Of a stretch of 64,000 nucleotides of DNA, positions 41,247 through 51,800 are shown piece after piece (position 1 is the first letter of the stretch; every line of letters starts with the position of its first letter). The position numbers and the translations under genes were made by a program. The notes beneath the pieces are model-generated. The model had not been told where the DNA came from. It searched no databases and saw only the letters and a program-made list of their open reading frames with translations. This stretch comes from an uncultured Nitrospiraceae bacterium (GTDB lineage Bacteria; Nitrospirota; Thermodesulfovibrionia; Thermodesulfovibrionales; Dissulfurispiraceae). The stretch lies in contig CAVPIW010000006.1 of assembly GCA_963705105.1 (NCBI GenBank), forward strand, positions 1 through 64,000. Direction: 5' to 3'.

Positions 41247-41624
41247 ATGCCGATGGAAACGATCTGGGTCGCCGGAGGGGAGAGCGCCGCGCTAGGTGCG
41301 AAAATGGGGATCGCAATTGGGGTGAAGACCGGCCGAAACGAATGACAAACAAAGGGAAAACTCTCAACCCCGACCTCTTCCTCTCAAAAAAAAAAAAAAA
41401 AACTTCCTCAAAATAAAAATAAAAAAGTCCTCGGCATGATGGCCTGCGCCGCTGCCGGAGCAGCCGTCATCTCCAAGTCGACGGGGACGATGTTCTCGAG
41501 CGAGAGCGTGCCGGCGGACGAGGGGCTCTTGAAGAAGAGGAGCGGGAGGGCGGTCGAGAAAGTCGACGTTTCTTCAAAGACAAAGACGACGACGAGCTCT
41601 CCCCCTTCTCCTCCTTCCGACTGA
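41247..41624 (+). CDS. Small (~81 aa) single-TM hypothetical protein; intron 41296-41427
   Basis: Exons splice in phase to MPMETIWVAGGESAALVLGMMACAAAGAAVISKST...; TGTAA near 41685. Confidence 0.6.
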
Positions 41625-41746
41625 CTCTCACTCTGCCCCTCTCCGCCGAACTGATCGATATCGCATCAAAAGATAAAAAAGAACTGTAAAAATAAAAAAG
41701 GGACCTCGGAGGCGGGGGAAGACCATTTGCGGTTGCTTGCTTGTTT

Positions 41747-44364
41747 TTACAGTTCGATTTTTCTTTCCTTTCTGCTCGAGGCCCCCCCGGGTCCTCTTGG
41801 GTCACCGCCGCCGCCGCCGGCGCTGCCGCTCGCGCTGCGCGGCGCGGAGCCCGCTCCCCCTCCGAGGCGCGACCAATGCCCGGGCGGAGGGCCGTTGGAG
41901 GCCGGAGCCGCAGCCGCCGACGCCGACGCCGCCGCGGCATCTGTCTGAGAACGCGGGGGGAGAGAGCCCGTCGCTTCCGCCGCTGCCGCCGCCGCCGCCG
42001 TTTCTTCGCCTCTGTTCCCGCTGTTGTCGCCGCTCGCGTGGCGGATCACAGCCGGAGAGGAGCCGCGAAGCTCCGGCGAGAGGAGCTGCTGCTGCTGCTG
42101 CCTCTGCGAATGCCTCTGCGACTGCGATTGCGAGGGCCTGCGAGGCCTCTCGCGGGCGGAAGAAGGAGGAGGAGGGGCGCGGCCGCTGCCTGCCTCCCTG
42201 CTGCCGTCGGAGCTTCGCCGTCGTCGCCGCTCGTCGTCCTCCTCGAGCCACTCCCCGGTGCCGCCCCCCTCCTCTCCCTCGTCTTCGCCGCCGCCGCTGC
42301 CGGGGACGACGAGATCCTCTCCAAAAACCTGGTCGTGGGCGCTGTCGTCCCCGACCAGGGCCGCGAAGGCCTCTCCGTTCTCGTCTCGTGCTCGTTCTCG
42401 TTCCCCTCGTCGCCGTCGTCGAGGACGACGACGAGGCCGCTCTTCTCCTCTGGGCTCGGAGGAGGAGGGTGCTTCTTCGCTGCCACTGCTGCTGCAGCTG
42501 CAGCTGCCTGCCTCGCCTTCGTGCCGCGGATCAGGGCCTCGAAACGAGGCGTCGTCGTCGATGCTGCCGTTCGCTCCTGCTGCTGCTTTCGTGACGGGAT
42601 TCGCCGCCCTGCCTCTTCCTCCGCCGCCGCCGCCGCCGATTCCGTTGGCGGCAGCGGCCGCCGACCTCCTCGCCGCCAGCGCCGCCGGGCCCCCCGCCGC
42701 GGGGGCCGAAACTCCTCCCTGCCCCCCCTCCCCCGGCCGTGCCTCCTCGCGAGCTCCCTCATCGCCGACCCCACGCTCCCGTCCCCGCACGCGACCACCG
42801 CCGAGGCTCCGCCCGCGTCGTTGGCAGCGACGACGGCGAGGCGGAACGCGCGGTAGAGCCTCTCGAGCTCGGGGCGCCTCGTCGCCGCCGCCGGCGCGGA
42901 GTCGCCGCGGAGCACGCCCAGCCCGCGGAGGCGGTCCTTGAGCTCCTTGTCCTTGACGATGGAGAGGCAGAGTTTCGGGCGGGACCGGGAGGAGGAGAGA
43001 GGTGGAAGCTCCGAGGGGCGCGGAGCGAGCGCCGCCGGCGGCGCCGGGGGCGGCGGCGGCTCCCCCGCCGTTCCGTCGCCGCCGCCGCCTTGGACAAGCA
43101 CGAGTCGAGGTGGGCGTTTATCAGGGCCTCCCCCACGATGCCGCCGCAGGAGGGGCAGCGCACGGTCCCCTCGGGGAGGGGAGCGCCCGCGGCGGCGAGG
43201 GGGCCCGGAGCGCTCCTGCCTTCTTCTCCTCGCTCCCGCTCGGCGGGCGAGGGTTCGCGGCGGAAGGGGAGCGGCCGCGCTGCCGCTGCCGCTGCCGCTG
43301 CCGCCGCGCCCTGGCAGAGCCCTTGGCTCCCTCCCCCTCTCTCCTCCGAAAAGTCCTCATCCTCGTCGTCGACGTCGTCGTCGTTCTCTCTCCTCGGCGT
43401 CGAAAGAGACGTTTTCATCGGCGGCGGCGGTTTTCCTCCTCCTCGCTCTCCGTCTTCTTCGCTCTCGTCGATGTATCTCGACCCGCGCTTCTTCGCGACG
43501 GCCGCGACGGGCCGGCTGCGAGCGGAGGCGGCTGCTGCGCGCGACGGCGGCAGCAGCAGGAGGAGCAGGAGAGGAGAGCTGCTGCCGGCGAGTCCTCTTG
43601 GCCTTGGCCGCCGCGGCCGCCGCCGCAGCGAAGCAGAAGCAGCAGCAGCGCAGCGGCAGCAGACCTGCGTTCTCCCTCGGCCGACGCCGCCGCGGCGCCC
43701 CGCAGGACCGCCGCCAGCGGTCCCCTGACGTTCCTCAGCGCGGCCACGATGCTTCTCAGGGCCAGCGGCGCCCTCCTCAGCGCCCGGGCGTCGGCCGGCT
43801 CGCGGCAAGCTCGGGCAGTAGCACCCGCCGACGACGGTGCTCCCGCACTCCAGGAGGAGGGCGCCTCCTCCTTCTCCTCCTGCTCCCTCGCCCGGTGCTG
43901 CCGCCTTGCGCGTGCCCTTCTCGGGCCTGGAACTCGAGGTTGGAGCGGATGCAGGCGGAGCAGACTGTTTAGGTCTCGGTTTTTTGTTTGTTGTAGAGGA
44001 AAGAAGGGTTGAGTTTTTTTTTCGTTTCTCGTCCGCCGTCAGGGTCGATGCCATCGAGATCCTCGACAATCGCCTCTCTCTTAAAACGCCAGACGGCCTT
44101 TAAACGGTCTTTGAACTCACAGGCGTGTCCGCACTCCAGGACCATCGGCGCGTCGAGAAAGTCGCGGCATATGGCGCAACAGGCGGCGTCGTCGAGGGCT
44201 CTCAGCAGCGACGGGAGCGACGCCAATGTCGACGAGAGAAGAGACGTCGACGCTGGCGGGAGAGCCGATGCCGCCGCTGTCGCTGTCGCTGTTGTCGCCG
44301 CTGCGCCGCCGCCGCCTGGAAGCTCCTTCCAGTCTCCAGGCGAGGGGGCGACGTCCGCGTCCAT
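41747..44364 (-). CDS. RAD18: RAD18-like E3 ligase (RING, UBZ4, SAP-like), frameshifted
   Basis: RING CAICRDFLDAPMVLECGHAFCSACIR...CPSC across an intron, UBZ VRCPSCGGIV...INAHLDSCL, SAP-like PKL..SIVKDKELKDRLRGLG. Confidence 0.82.
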
Positions 44365-44499
44365 TCCTCCTCCTCGCTGATCCCTGGGCAGAGAGGAGCG
44401 GAGGCGAGGAGGGAAAGAAAAGAGAGAAGAAAAAATGGTGCGATCTCTTCTTTTCTTCACTCTTTCTCAAAGCGCTCGCGTCGTGCTTCTCGCCTCCTT
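43734..44499. repeat. Segmental duplication copy 1 (RAD18 5' end and promoter)
   Basis: Near-identical to 47709-48436, from CTCAGCGCGGCCACGATG to TCGCCTCCTT. Confidence 0.92.
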
Positions 44500-45069
44500 T
44501 GCCGTCTTCTTCCTCCTCCTCGCCCTCGTCCTCCTCCGACCCCTGGACCTCGCCGTTCGAGAAGCCGCTCGCGGACCTCGACGCCGAGGACGCCTCTGGA
44601 AAATTCCGTGGAGAAGGAGCCCGAGCTGGTGGACAGGATGATCGAGGAGGCGACGGAGGCGAGGAAGAGGGCGGCGGCAGCAGCGGCAGCAGCGGCAGCG
44701 GCAGCGCCCGAGCGCAGCTGCCCCTCCCGCTTCTGCAGGCGGCCTTGCAAGGCCTCATCGCTCATCCCGATTTCTTCGGCCTCGACGGCGACTTCTCCGA
44801 CCCCGTCTGCATCTTCGAATTCGCAGGACTCGAGGCGCTTCTTCGCGGGCGTGTTTCGCTTCGGGGAAGGGGCGACCAAGTACTCGCAGTTCATCCTCTC
44901 GGTGTCGAAGAACTCGAACCCTGCTGATGGCCTCTCGGGCCCTTTTATCTTCAGGAACGACGGGCTCGACAGGCACGCCTCGGAAACTTCTCCCCTCGCT
45001 TCATTCGTTTGGCGCACTCGAGTTCAGGACGGCGGCCGTCTCGCGGCCCATTCCCCGAAACCGGGCTGA
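44500..45069 (+). pseudogene. Coding-like fragment(s) with no start, directly after duplication copy 1
   Basis: High-GC3 reading DPWTSPFEKPLADLDAEDA / VEKEPELVDRMIEEATEARKR; no family recognised. Confidence 0.35.
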
Positions 45070-45358
45070 AAGGAGCTCTGATGAAGACGGGATTGTCGCC
45101 ATGATGCTTGATATTTCGACCGGCGGGAGGAAGAGGCACATTTGGCGAGTGGGAGGAGAAAGGAGAAGGAAGAAAGGAGAAAGGAGAAAGAATAAGAAAA
45201 AGAGACTCTTGCAAGTCACCAGGATGAAGAGGAAACAGAACTCAGGGGAGGTGTGAAAAAAAAACAGAGCTCCCTCTATCTCTCTCCCCCTTTTCTCTCT
45301 CTCTCCCTTCTCTCTCTCCCCCCTCTCCCCCCTCTTCTCTCTCTCTCCCCCTCTCTCC

Positions 45359-45540
<182 letters not shown>

Positions 45541-46081
45541 AACAGCAGAAATCATTTTTTTCTTTCCCCGCAGATGAAAGCTCCTCCGAATGCCCGTTTC
45601 GACCTGTTTTTTTCTTACGTTACATACAGGCAAGATTAGGCAGAAAAAAGGTTACGGGGCTTTCTTGATCATGGAAAAGGTCGAGCCGGGGGGAAAATCG
45701 AGGACTCTCAAGACGGGATGGAGTGAGCAAGCGTTTTTTATTGCCGGGCGCGCGCCCGACAAGAAAAAACGCTCTGTTCCGTCGTCTTTTGATTCACTCG
45801 CACATCCGACTTGAATCGCGAAGAGTGCAAAGCAAAAAGGTCGACAACGAAAACGTAAAAGATGAAAAGAGAGCGCGCTCGAGGAGACAAGTCCGAGCTG
45901 CGCTGCCGTCAACTCTCTGCTTCTCCCTAGATGTTCTTTCTATTTGCTCCCTAGATGGGTTTTTTCTGTCCGTCAGTCCGTCGGTCTCTGGTCCATCCCC
46001 CTCCTCCTTCGATGTTGCACCTGGCGCCAGCATGCTTGGAGAGCCAGACGTCGGAACCGCGGGGGCGGGGGGAGGGGGGGC

Positions 46082-47208
46082 TCAGCAGCCCTTGCCCTTT
46101 CTGCCGCACGCGGTCCAGCCCGCGTCGGCGTTGACGGGCCCGGGGCCAGTCGTCGCGGCGGCGGCGCCGGCTGCGCCGGTCGTGCCGAACGCGTTGCCGC
46201 AGCCTTGGACCTGGACGCAGGTCCCGGTGCCGAGGTCGAAGCTCTGGCAGGGACCGCAGTCGGCCGAATCCGTGTTGGTGGAGACTGTGCGGCACGAGCC
46301 ATTGTCCCAGTAAGCACCTCTGCCGCAGGACTGTTGGGAGCCGCAAGCCCAAGTGCAGACAAAATTACCGCTGTTTTTTGTTTTCGTTTTTGTTTTTCGT
46401 TTGTCAAAAAGTCGCCGGTTAGGGTTCCAAGATTGTGGTGACTACGGCGAATGTTTCGGATCTGAGCACCTGTTGACACGCGGTACCGTGTCCGCAGCGG
46501 GCTAGTTAGTGCGCGACTGCCAGAGCAGTTGCGGGAGCAAACGTGGGGCGGGAGTGTGCGCGTGTTCGCTGAGTGGCAACAGGGAGCGAGTGGCAACAGG
46601 GAGCGAGTGGCAGCAGGGAGCGAGTGGCAGCAGGGAGCGAGTGGCAGCAGGGAGCGAGCGAGCGAGCGAGCGAGAGGGAGAGAGAGAGAGAGAGAGAGAC
46701 AGAGAGAGAGAAAAAAAGGCTTGCGCACCAGCCAAAGCCGGCGCCCGACCAGAAGCCCGCCCCGCGCCAAGGCGTGCGGAAGATGAAGCGCCCATTCTGG
46801 TCCCAGCCGATCGCCTGCCAGCCGGCGACCTGCGAGGAGCCGGGACAGGCGCCCGGGGTGTTTCCCTGGTAGTAGTTCCAACCTCCGAAGCGGAACCAGC
46901 CGCTGCCGCTGCCAATCCAGGGCGGCGACCATCCTGAGGAACAAGAATATGTGGTTTTTTTTAGCTTTTTTTAGTACCGCGAGGCCGGCCTCCGTCGCGA
47001 GCTGACATGGCCACCCAACGGCTCTCTTTGTTACTAGAAAACCACACGCTCGTCGAAGGGTCGGCCCGTATCCAGAAACCAGAAAACCCACTCACCGGTC
47101 GACCCATTCGTCGCTTCAACGGTCGAAGACGCGAAGCAGAGGAGCGCGACTGCTTGTGCGCCGAGTTTGGAGAGGAGGGAGGTTTTTGATTGAGACAAGG
47201 GAAGGCAT
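46082..47208 (-). CDS. Putative secreted Trp/Gly/Cys-rich small protein (~200 aa); exons 47208-47096, 46933-46729, 46370-46082
   Basis: GT-AG introns join in phase, assuming one homopolymer indel in exon 1: ...AQAVALLCFASSTVEA...WSPPWIGSGSGWFRFGGWNYYQG...CGNFVCTWACGSQQSCGRGAYWDNGSC...CGPC...CGRKGKGC*. Confidence 0.65.
46571..46655. repeat. Minisatellite, 5 x 17 bp GAGTGGCARCAGGGAGC (intronic)
   Basis: Direct reading. Confidence 0.9.
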
Positions 47209-47708
47209 GTTCAGTTTCAATCCATTCGGCTTTGATGGGGAGACCGTCCCTGCTAAACCCGCGTCTGCCCCACTTTCATCTCACCAAAGGCGACTAAGAG
47301 AGTTGTGCGATGCATTATGGCGAGGGTTTGTGAGCCCGGATACTCGGGAATGGGCTTTTTGAGACGGAAGGTTGGAGAGTTTTTCGTTTTGAGTTGGAGA
47401 GAAGTGACACGTCCCTCGAGAAGAAAAAAGAACTTTTAACTTCAGAAGTGGAAGCGAGGATTTAGCGAAAGTTAGGTAAAAAGTTATCAAGCCAAAGAAG
47501 CGACTTTCGCGTTTCGACCTCTCCGTCGTGTTCTTCTTCTTCCTCCTCTTCTTCTTCGACCTCCTCTCCTTCTCTCGCTCTCGTCTTTCTCTCCTCTCTT
47601 CCCCGATAAATCAATCCCGCTGGGTGGTGTGCAACGACTTTCTTTTCAAAAAGAATGGATATATGATTTCAATCGTGAGCAAAAAACACGAAGCCATCCC
47701 TCTTTTCT

Positions 47709-48436
47709 CTCAGCGCGGCCACGATGCTTCTCAGGGCCAGCGGCGCCCTCCTCAGCGCCCGGGCGTCGGCCGGCTCGCGGCACTCGGGGCAGTAGCACCC
47801 GCCGACGACGGTGCTCCCGCTCTCCAGGAGGAGGGCGCCTCCTCCTTCTCCTCCTGCTCCCTCGCCCGGTGCTGCCGCCTTGCGCGTGCCCTGTCGGGCC
47901 TGGAACTCGAGGCTGGAGCGGATGCAGGCGGAGCAGACTGTTTGAGAGAGAGGTCTCGGTTTTTTTGTTTGTTGTTGAAGAAGAAGGGGTGAGTTTGTTT
48001 TTCTCGTTCGCCGCAGGTCGATGCCATCGAGTCCTCGACAATCGCCTCTCTCTCAAAACGCAAAGACGGCCTTTAAACGGTCTTTTAACTCACAGGCGTG
48101 CCCGTACTCCAGGACCATCGGCGCGTCGAGAAAGTCGCGGCATATGGCGCAACAGGCGGCGTCGTCGAGGGCTCTCAGCAGCGACGGGAGCGACGGGAGA
48201 GCCGACGCCACCGCTGTCGCTGTCGCTGTTGTCGCCGCTGCGCCGCCGCCGCCTGGAAGCTCCTTCCAGTCTCCAGGCGAGGGGGCGACGTCCGCGTCTA
48301 TTCCTCCTCCTCGCTGATCCCTGGGAAGAGAGGGGCGGAGGCGAGGAGGGACAGGAAAGAGAGAAGAAAAAATGGAGCGATCTCTTCTTTTCTTCACTCT
48401 CTCTCAAAGCGCTCGCGTCGTGCTTCTCGCCTCCTT
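47709..48436 (-). pseudogene. Truncated RAD18 pseudogene (duplication copy 2)
   Basis: Start ATG changed to ATA, RING Cys changed to Tyr (LEYGHA), a ~30 nt deletion, and truncation after the RING. Confidence 0.85.
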
Positions 48437-48446
48437 GTCGCAAAAA

Positions 48447-48671
48447 ATGAGCTTCTTCGTTCTCCCGCCCTTCTCCTTCAAGACCCCGCGCGGCGGGCGC
48501 GTGACCGTGTTCGGGGCGCTCCTGACGATCCCTCTTGTCCTGGGAGTGAACGAGTACCTCGATCATAGGAAAGGGAAAGCGAAAGAGAAGAAGGAGACTT
48601 CTTCGAAAAAGGCGACGAGAGGGAGCGGCGGCGGCCGCGGCGGCGGCGGCGATGACGAGAGGTCGGGTTAA
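48447..48671 (+). CDS. Small (74 aa) single-TM hypothetical protein
   Basis: MSFFVLPPFSFKTPRGGRVTVFGALLTIPLVLGVNEYLDHRK...; high GC3; TGTAA near 48750. Confidence 0.55.
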   Translation: MSFFVLPPFSFKTPRGGRVTVFGALLTIPLVLGVNEYLDHRKGKAKEKKETSSKKATRGSGGGRGGGGDDERSG

Positions 48672-48844
48672 AAAAAAAAAAGAGAGAGAGGAAGGGGGAG
48701 GTCAAAATACCGCAGCGCCGCAGGAAGCGGCTCCGCCGCTCCCGCCCTTGTAAATCAATGCTGTCTGAGAGCCTCCCCGGGAGTATAGTATTACAGTTTC
48801 TGTTCGGAGTTTTTCCCCCCGTCGCGAAAGGAGGACGAGAGAAC

Positions 48845-51800
48845 TAAAATCGGCCCCACCACTGTGCCGCCTTCCTCGCCTCTTCACGCCTCGCCGCCGC
48901 CGCTTCCCCTCCCCGCCCCCGCCCCCCGTTCTCGCGAACGGGCTGTGGTCGAACTTGCAGCAGGCGCCGTACTTGCACGCGCCCGTCCTCTCGAAGAACG
49001 AGCACCTCGGCTCCCCGGGCCGCACGGGCAGCCCCGACTCGCGGCACAGGCCGACCGCAAAGGCGCGGGGGTGGTCGAAGCGACAGAGCTCCCCGTACCG
49101 GCAGTGGCCGGTCTTGGCGAAGAAGTCGCAGGGAGGGGCCCCCGGGCGCTCGGGGAACGCCGGGATGACGGCGTCGGGAGGGGGAGGGAGAGGGGGCTGC
49201 GGGAGAGGAGCGGTGGCGTCGGCGCCGTCGCTTGCTGCCGCCGCCGTCGCCGACGCCGGGAGCGGCGAAGCGGCGGCGGCGGCGGCGGCGGTGGCGGCCT
49301 CCTCGGCCTGCTGCTGCTGCCTCGGCTGCGGCGGCGGCGGCAGCCTCTGGGGCGGCGGCGGCGGCGGCGGCCTCTGCTGCGGCGGCGGCGCCGCGACGAC
49401 GACCGCGGCGGCGACCCCGAGCGTCGGCAGCCACGCCCTCGCCTGCGGCGGGAAGAACGGGGCCAACGCCGGCTCCCGGGGCGCAGCGGACGAGGCGCCG
49501 CCGCCGCCGCCGCCCCGCGGGGACGGGAGGGCGAGGTGCGCCAGCGCGACACCCCAGCAGACCAGCACGAGCCTCGGGAAGCGCTCCTCGAAGTACGAGA
49601 AAAAGGCCCCGGGCGGCGCGCCGACCTCGGCGCGCGCCCTCGCGGGGAGCTCGGAGAAGTGGGCGGCCTTGTTGCGGACGAGGCGGAGGAGGTCGCGAGC
49701 CGAGCGGCCGTCGTAGCGGCGGAAGAAGAGGGCCGGCGGCGCGGTGGGGCCCGCGGGGCGGCCGCTCCCGCTCCCGCTCCCGCTCGCGTCGGCGGCGCCC
49801 GCGGCCGCTGCGGCTGCCTGCGCGGCAGCGGCGAGGCGGCTCGCCGGGGGAGCCAGGAGGTCCGGGTGCACCCTCGGGGCCCAGGGGAAGGGCTGGAGGG
49901 AGCCCTCGGCGAAGGAGGACGAGAGCGGCGCGCCGAGGCTGCTCCCGCCAACGCCGCCGCCGCCGCCGCCTCTCCCGCCGCCGCCCCCGCCGACGCCGGG
50001 GGCGGCGCCCGGCAGCAGAGCCTCCGCCGACGCCGCCTCCAGCGCCGCCAGCGCCGCCCTCCCCTCCCTCGTCGCCGACCCGGCCCTGTCTTCGGGCTCG
50101 AGCCGGTCCGACAGCGCCACCAGGAAGGCCAGCTTGCGCTCCCGCGGCCAGAACAGCGGGTGGCACAGCACCGCCGCCGCGGGCGGGCGCGCCTTGGGGC
50201 TCCTCGAGAGCAGCGCCGCGACGGCGTGGTGCGCCTCCGGCAGGTGCGCCAGCGCGCGCAGCGAGAGCCTGCCGCGCAGGATGTTGAAGTCGCGCTCGAA
50301 GGGCCTGCCCGCGGGGTGGTGCGAGCCGCCCGTGAGCAGGTGGGCGAGAAAGAGGCCGAGGGCCCAGAGGTCGACGCCCTTGCCGAGGCGCGGGCGGGGG
50401 CCGGGCGCTCGGCGGCGGCGGCGGCGGCGGCGGCGGCGGGCGGGGCTCCGGTGCTGGTGCCGCCGCCGCCGCCGTTCCGTCGCTCCCGCCGCTGCTGCTG
50501 CCTCGGACCCGGGAGGGGGCGCATCGCGGCGGGGAATGTGTGCATCCTGCGCCGGAGCTCGAGCTGCTCGGGGGCCTGCCAGCCCGTGGAGCCGGCGGCG
50601 CCGCCGCCGATCGTCGTGGTCGTCGTCGTGGTCGTCGTCGTCGTTTGTCTTTCTGCGCCGCCGCCGCCGTTTTTCCGCCGCTGCCGCTGCCTCCTCCGAC
50701 GACGACCGTCGTCCTCGCCGCGCCCGCCGTCGTCTCGAACGACGAGGCGCCGTCCGGGAGGAGCCTGCAGAGGCCCATGTCCGAGAGCTTGGCGACCCGC
50801 CTCGCGCGTCGTCGGCGGCGGGGGCGACCGGGAGGCGGAGGAGGAGGAGCCGAGGCCGAAGAGGAAGGGGACGCTTCCCGCGAAAAACCGGGGTCTGAGG
50901 ACAACGAGAGCGAGACCAGCACGTTGGCCGGCTTGAGGTCCCTGTGGACGATCCCGCGGGAGTGCAGGGCCGCGAGCCCGCGCGTCGCGCCCTCGGCCAA
51001 CCGCATCGCGAACGGGGAGGGGCGGAGGAGGGGGCCGGTCGAGGAGCGGAGGAGAAGGAGATGACGACGAGGGAGAGGAGGCGAGAAACCGCGGAGCAGC
51101 AGCGACGCCCTCCCCTCGGGCGACGCGACGAGGTCCGCCACGCTCCGCTCGCACCGCTCCAGCGCCAGGTACACGAACGGCTCGTCTTCCTCGAGAGCGA
51201 AGCAGCGCACGATGTTCGGGTGCGCGTCGGCCTCGACGCAGGGCGCGGACCTCTGCGGCCGCGGCCGCCGCGAACTGCCGCAGCAGCCGCTTGACGGCGA
51301 CGGGCCGCGAGACGCCGCCGTCGACGAGCTCTCCGCCGAAGACCAGGGTTCCCCCCGAGCCGTAGCCGAGAATCTCTGGCCCGAAGCGGAGGCGGCCGAC
51401 AGCGCCGGCGCCGGGTTGTAGGGGAGGGGGGGGTAGGGCGAGGGAGCGCTGGCGGGTGAGCGCGGCGGTTGTGAGCGCGGCGGTCGTGAGCGCGGCGGGA
51501 GAAGAGGGGAGACTGGGGGGGCGGCCGCTGTCGCCGTTGGACGGCGCCGCTTCTTCGGCCTCGCCTGGTCCTTCGTCGTCCTCCTCCTCCTTCTTCGAGC
51601 TCTTTGCGCGCTGCTTCTTCTCCTTGGCGGGGGCAGAAGCAGTGGACACCTGCTGCTGCTGCTGCTGCCTCGTCGTCGCCCTCCTCCTCCTTGCTGCCCG
51701 CCTTCTTGGTGAGCGCCTCTGCTGTCGCCGTCGCCGCGGCCGCGGCGGCCGCGGCTGCCGCGGTGGCCTCGCTCGAGCTGCCGCTGCATCTGCTGCTGCT

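Noticed and set aside
46571..46655. 17-bp repeats as a CRISPR array
   Set aside because: Head-to-tail repeats with no spacers, no cas genes, and located in a eukaryotic intron.
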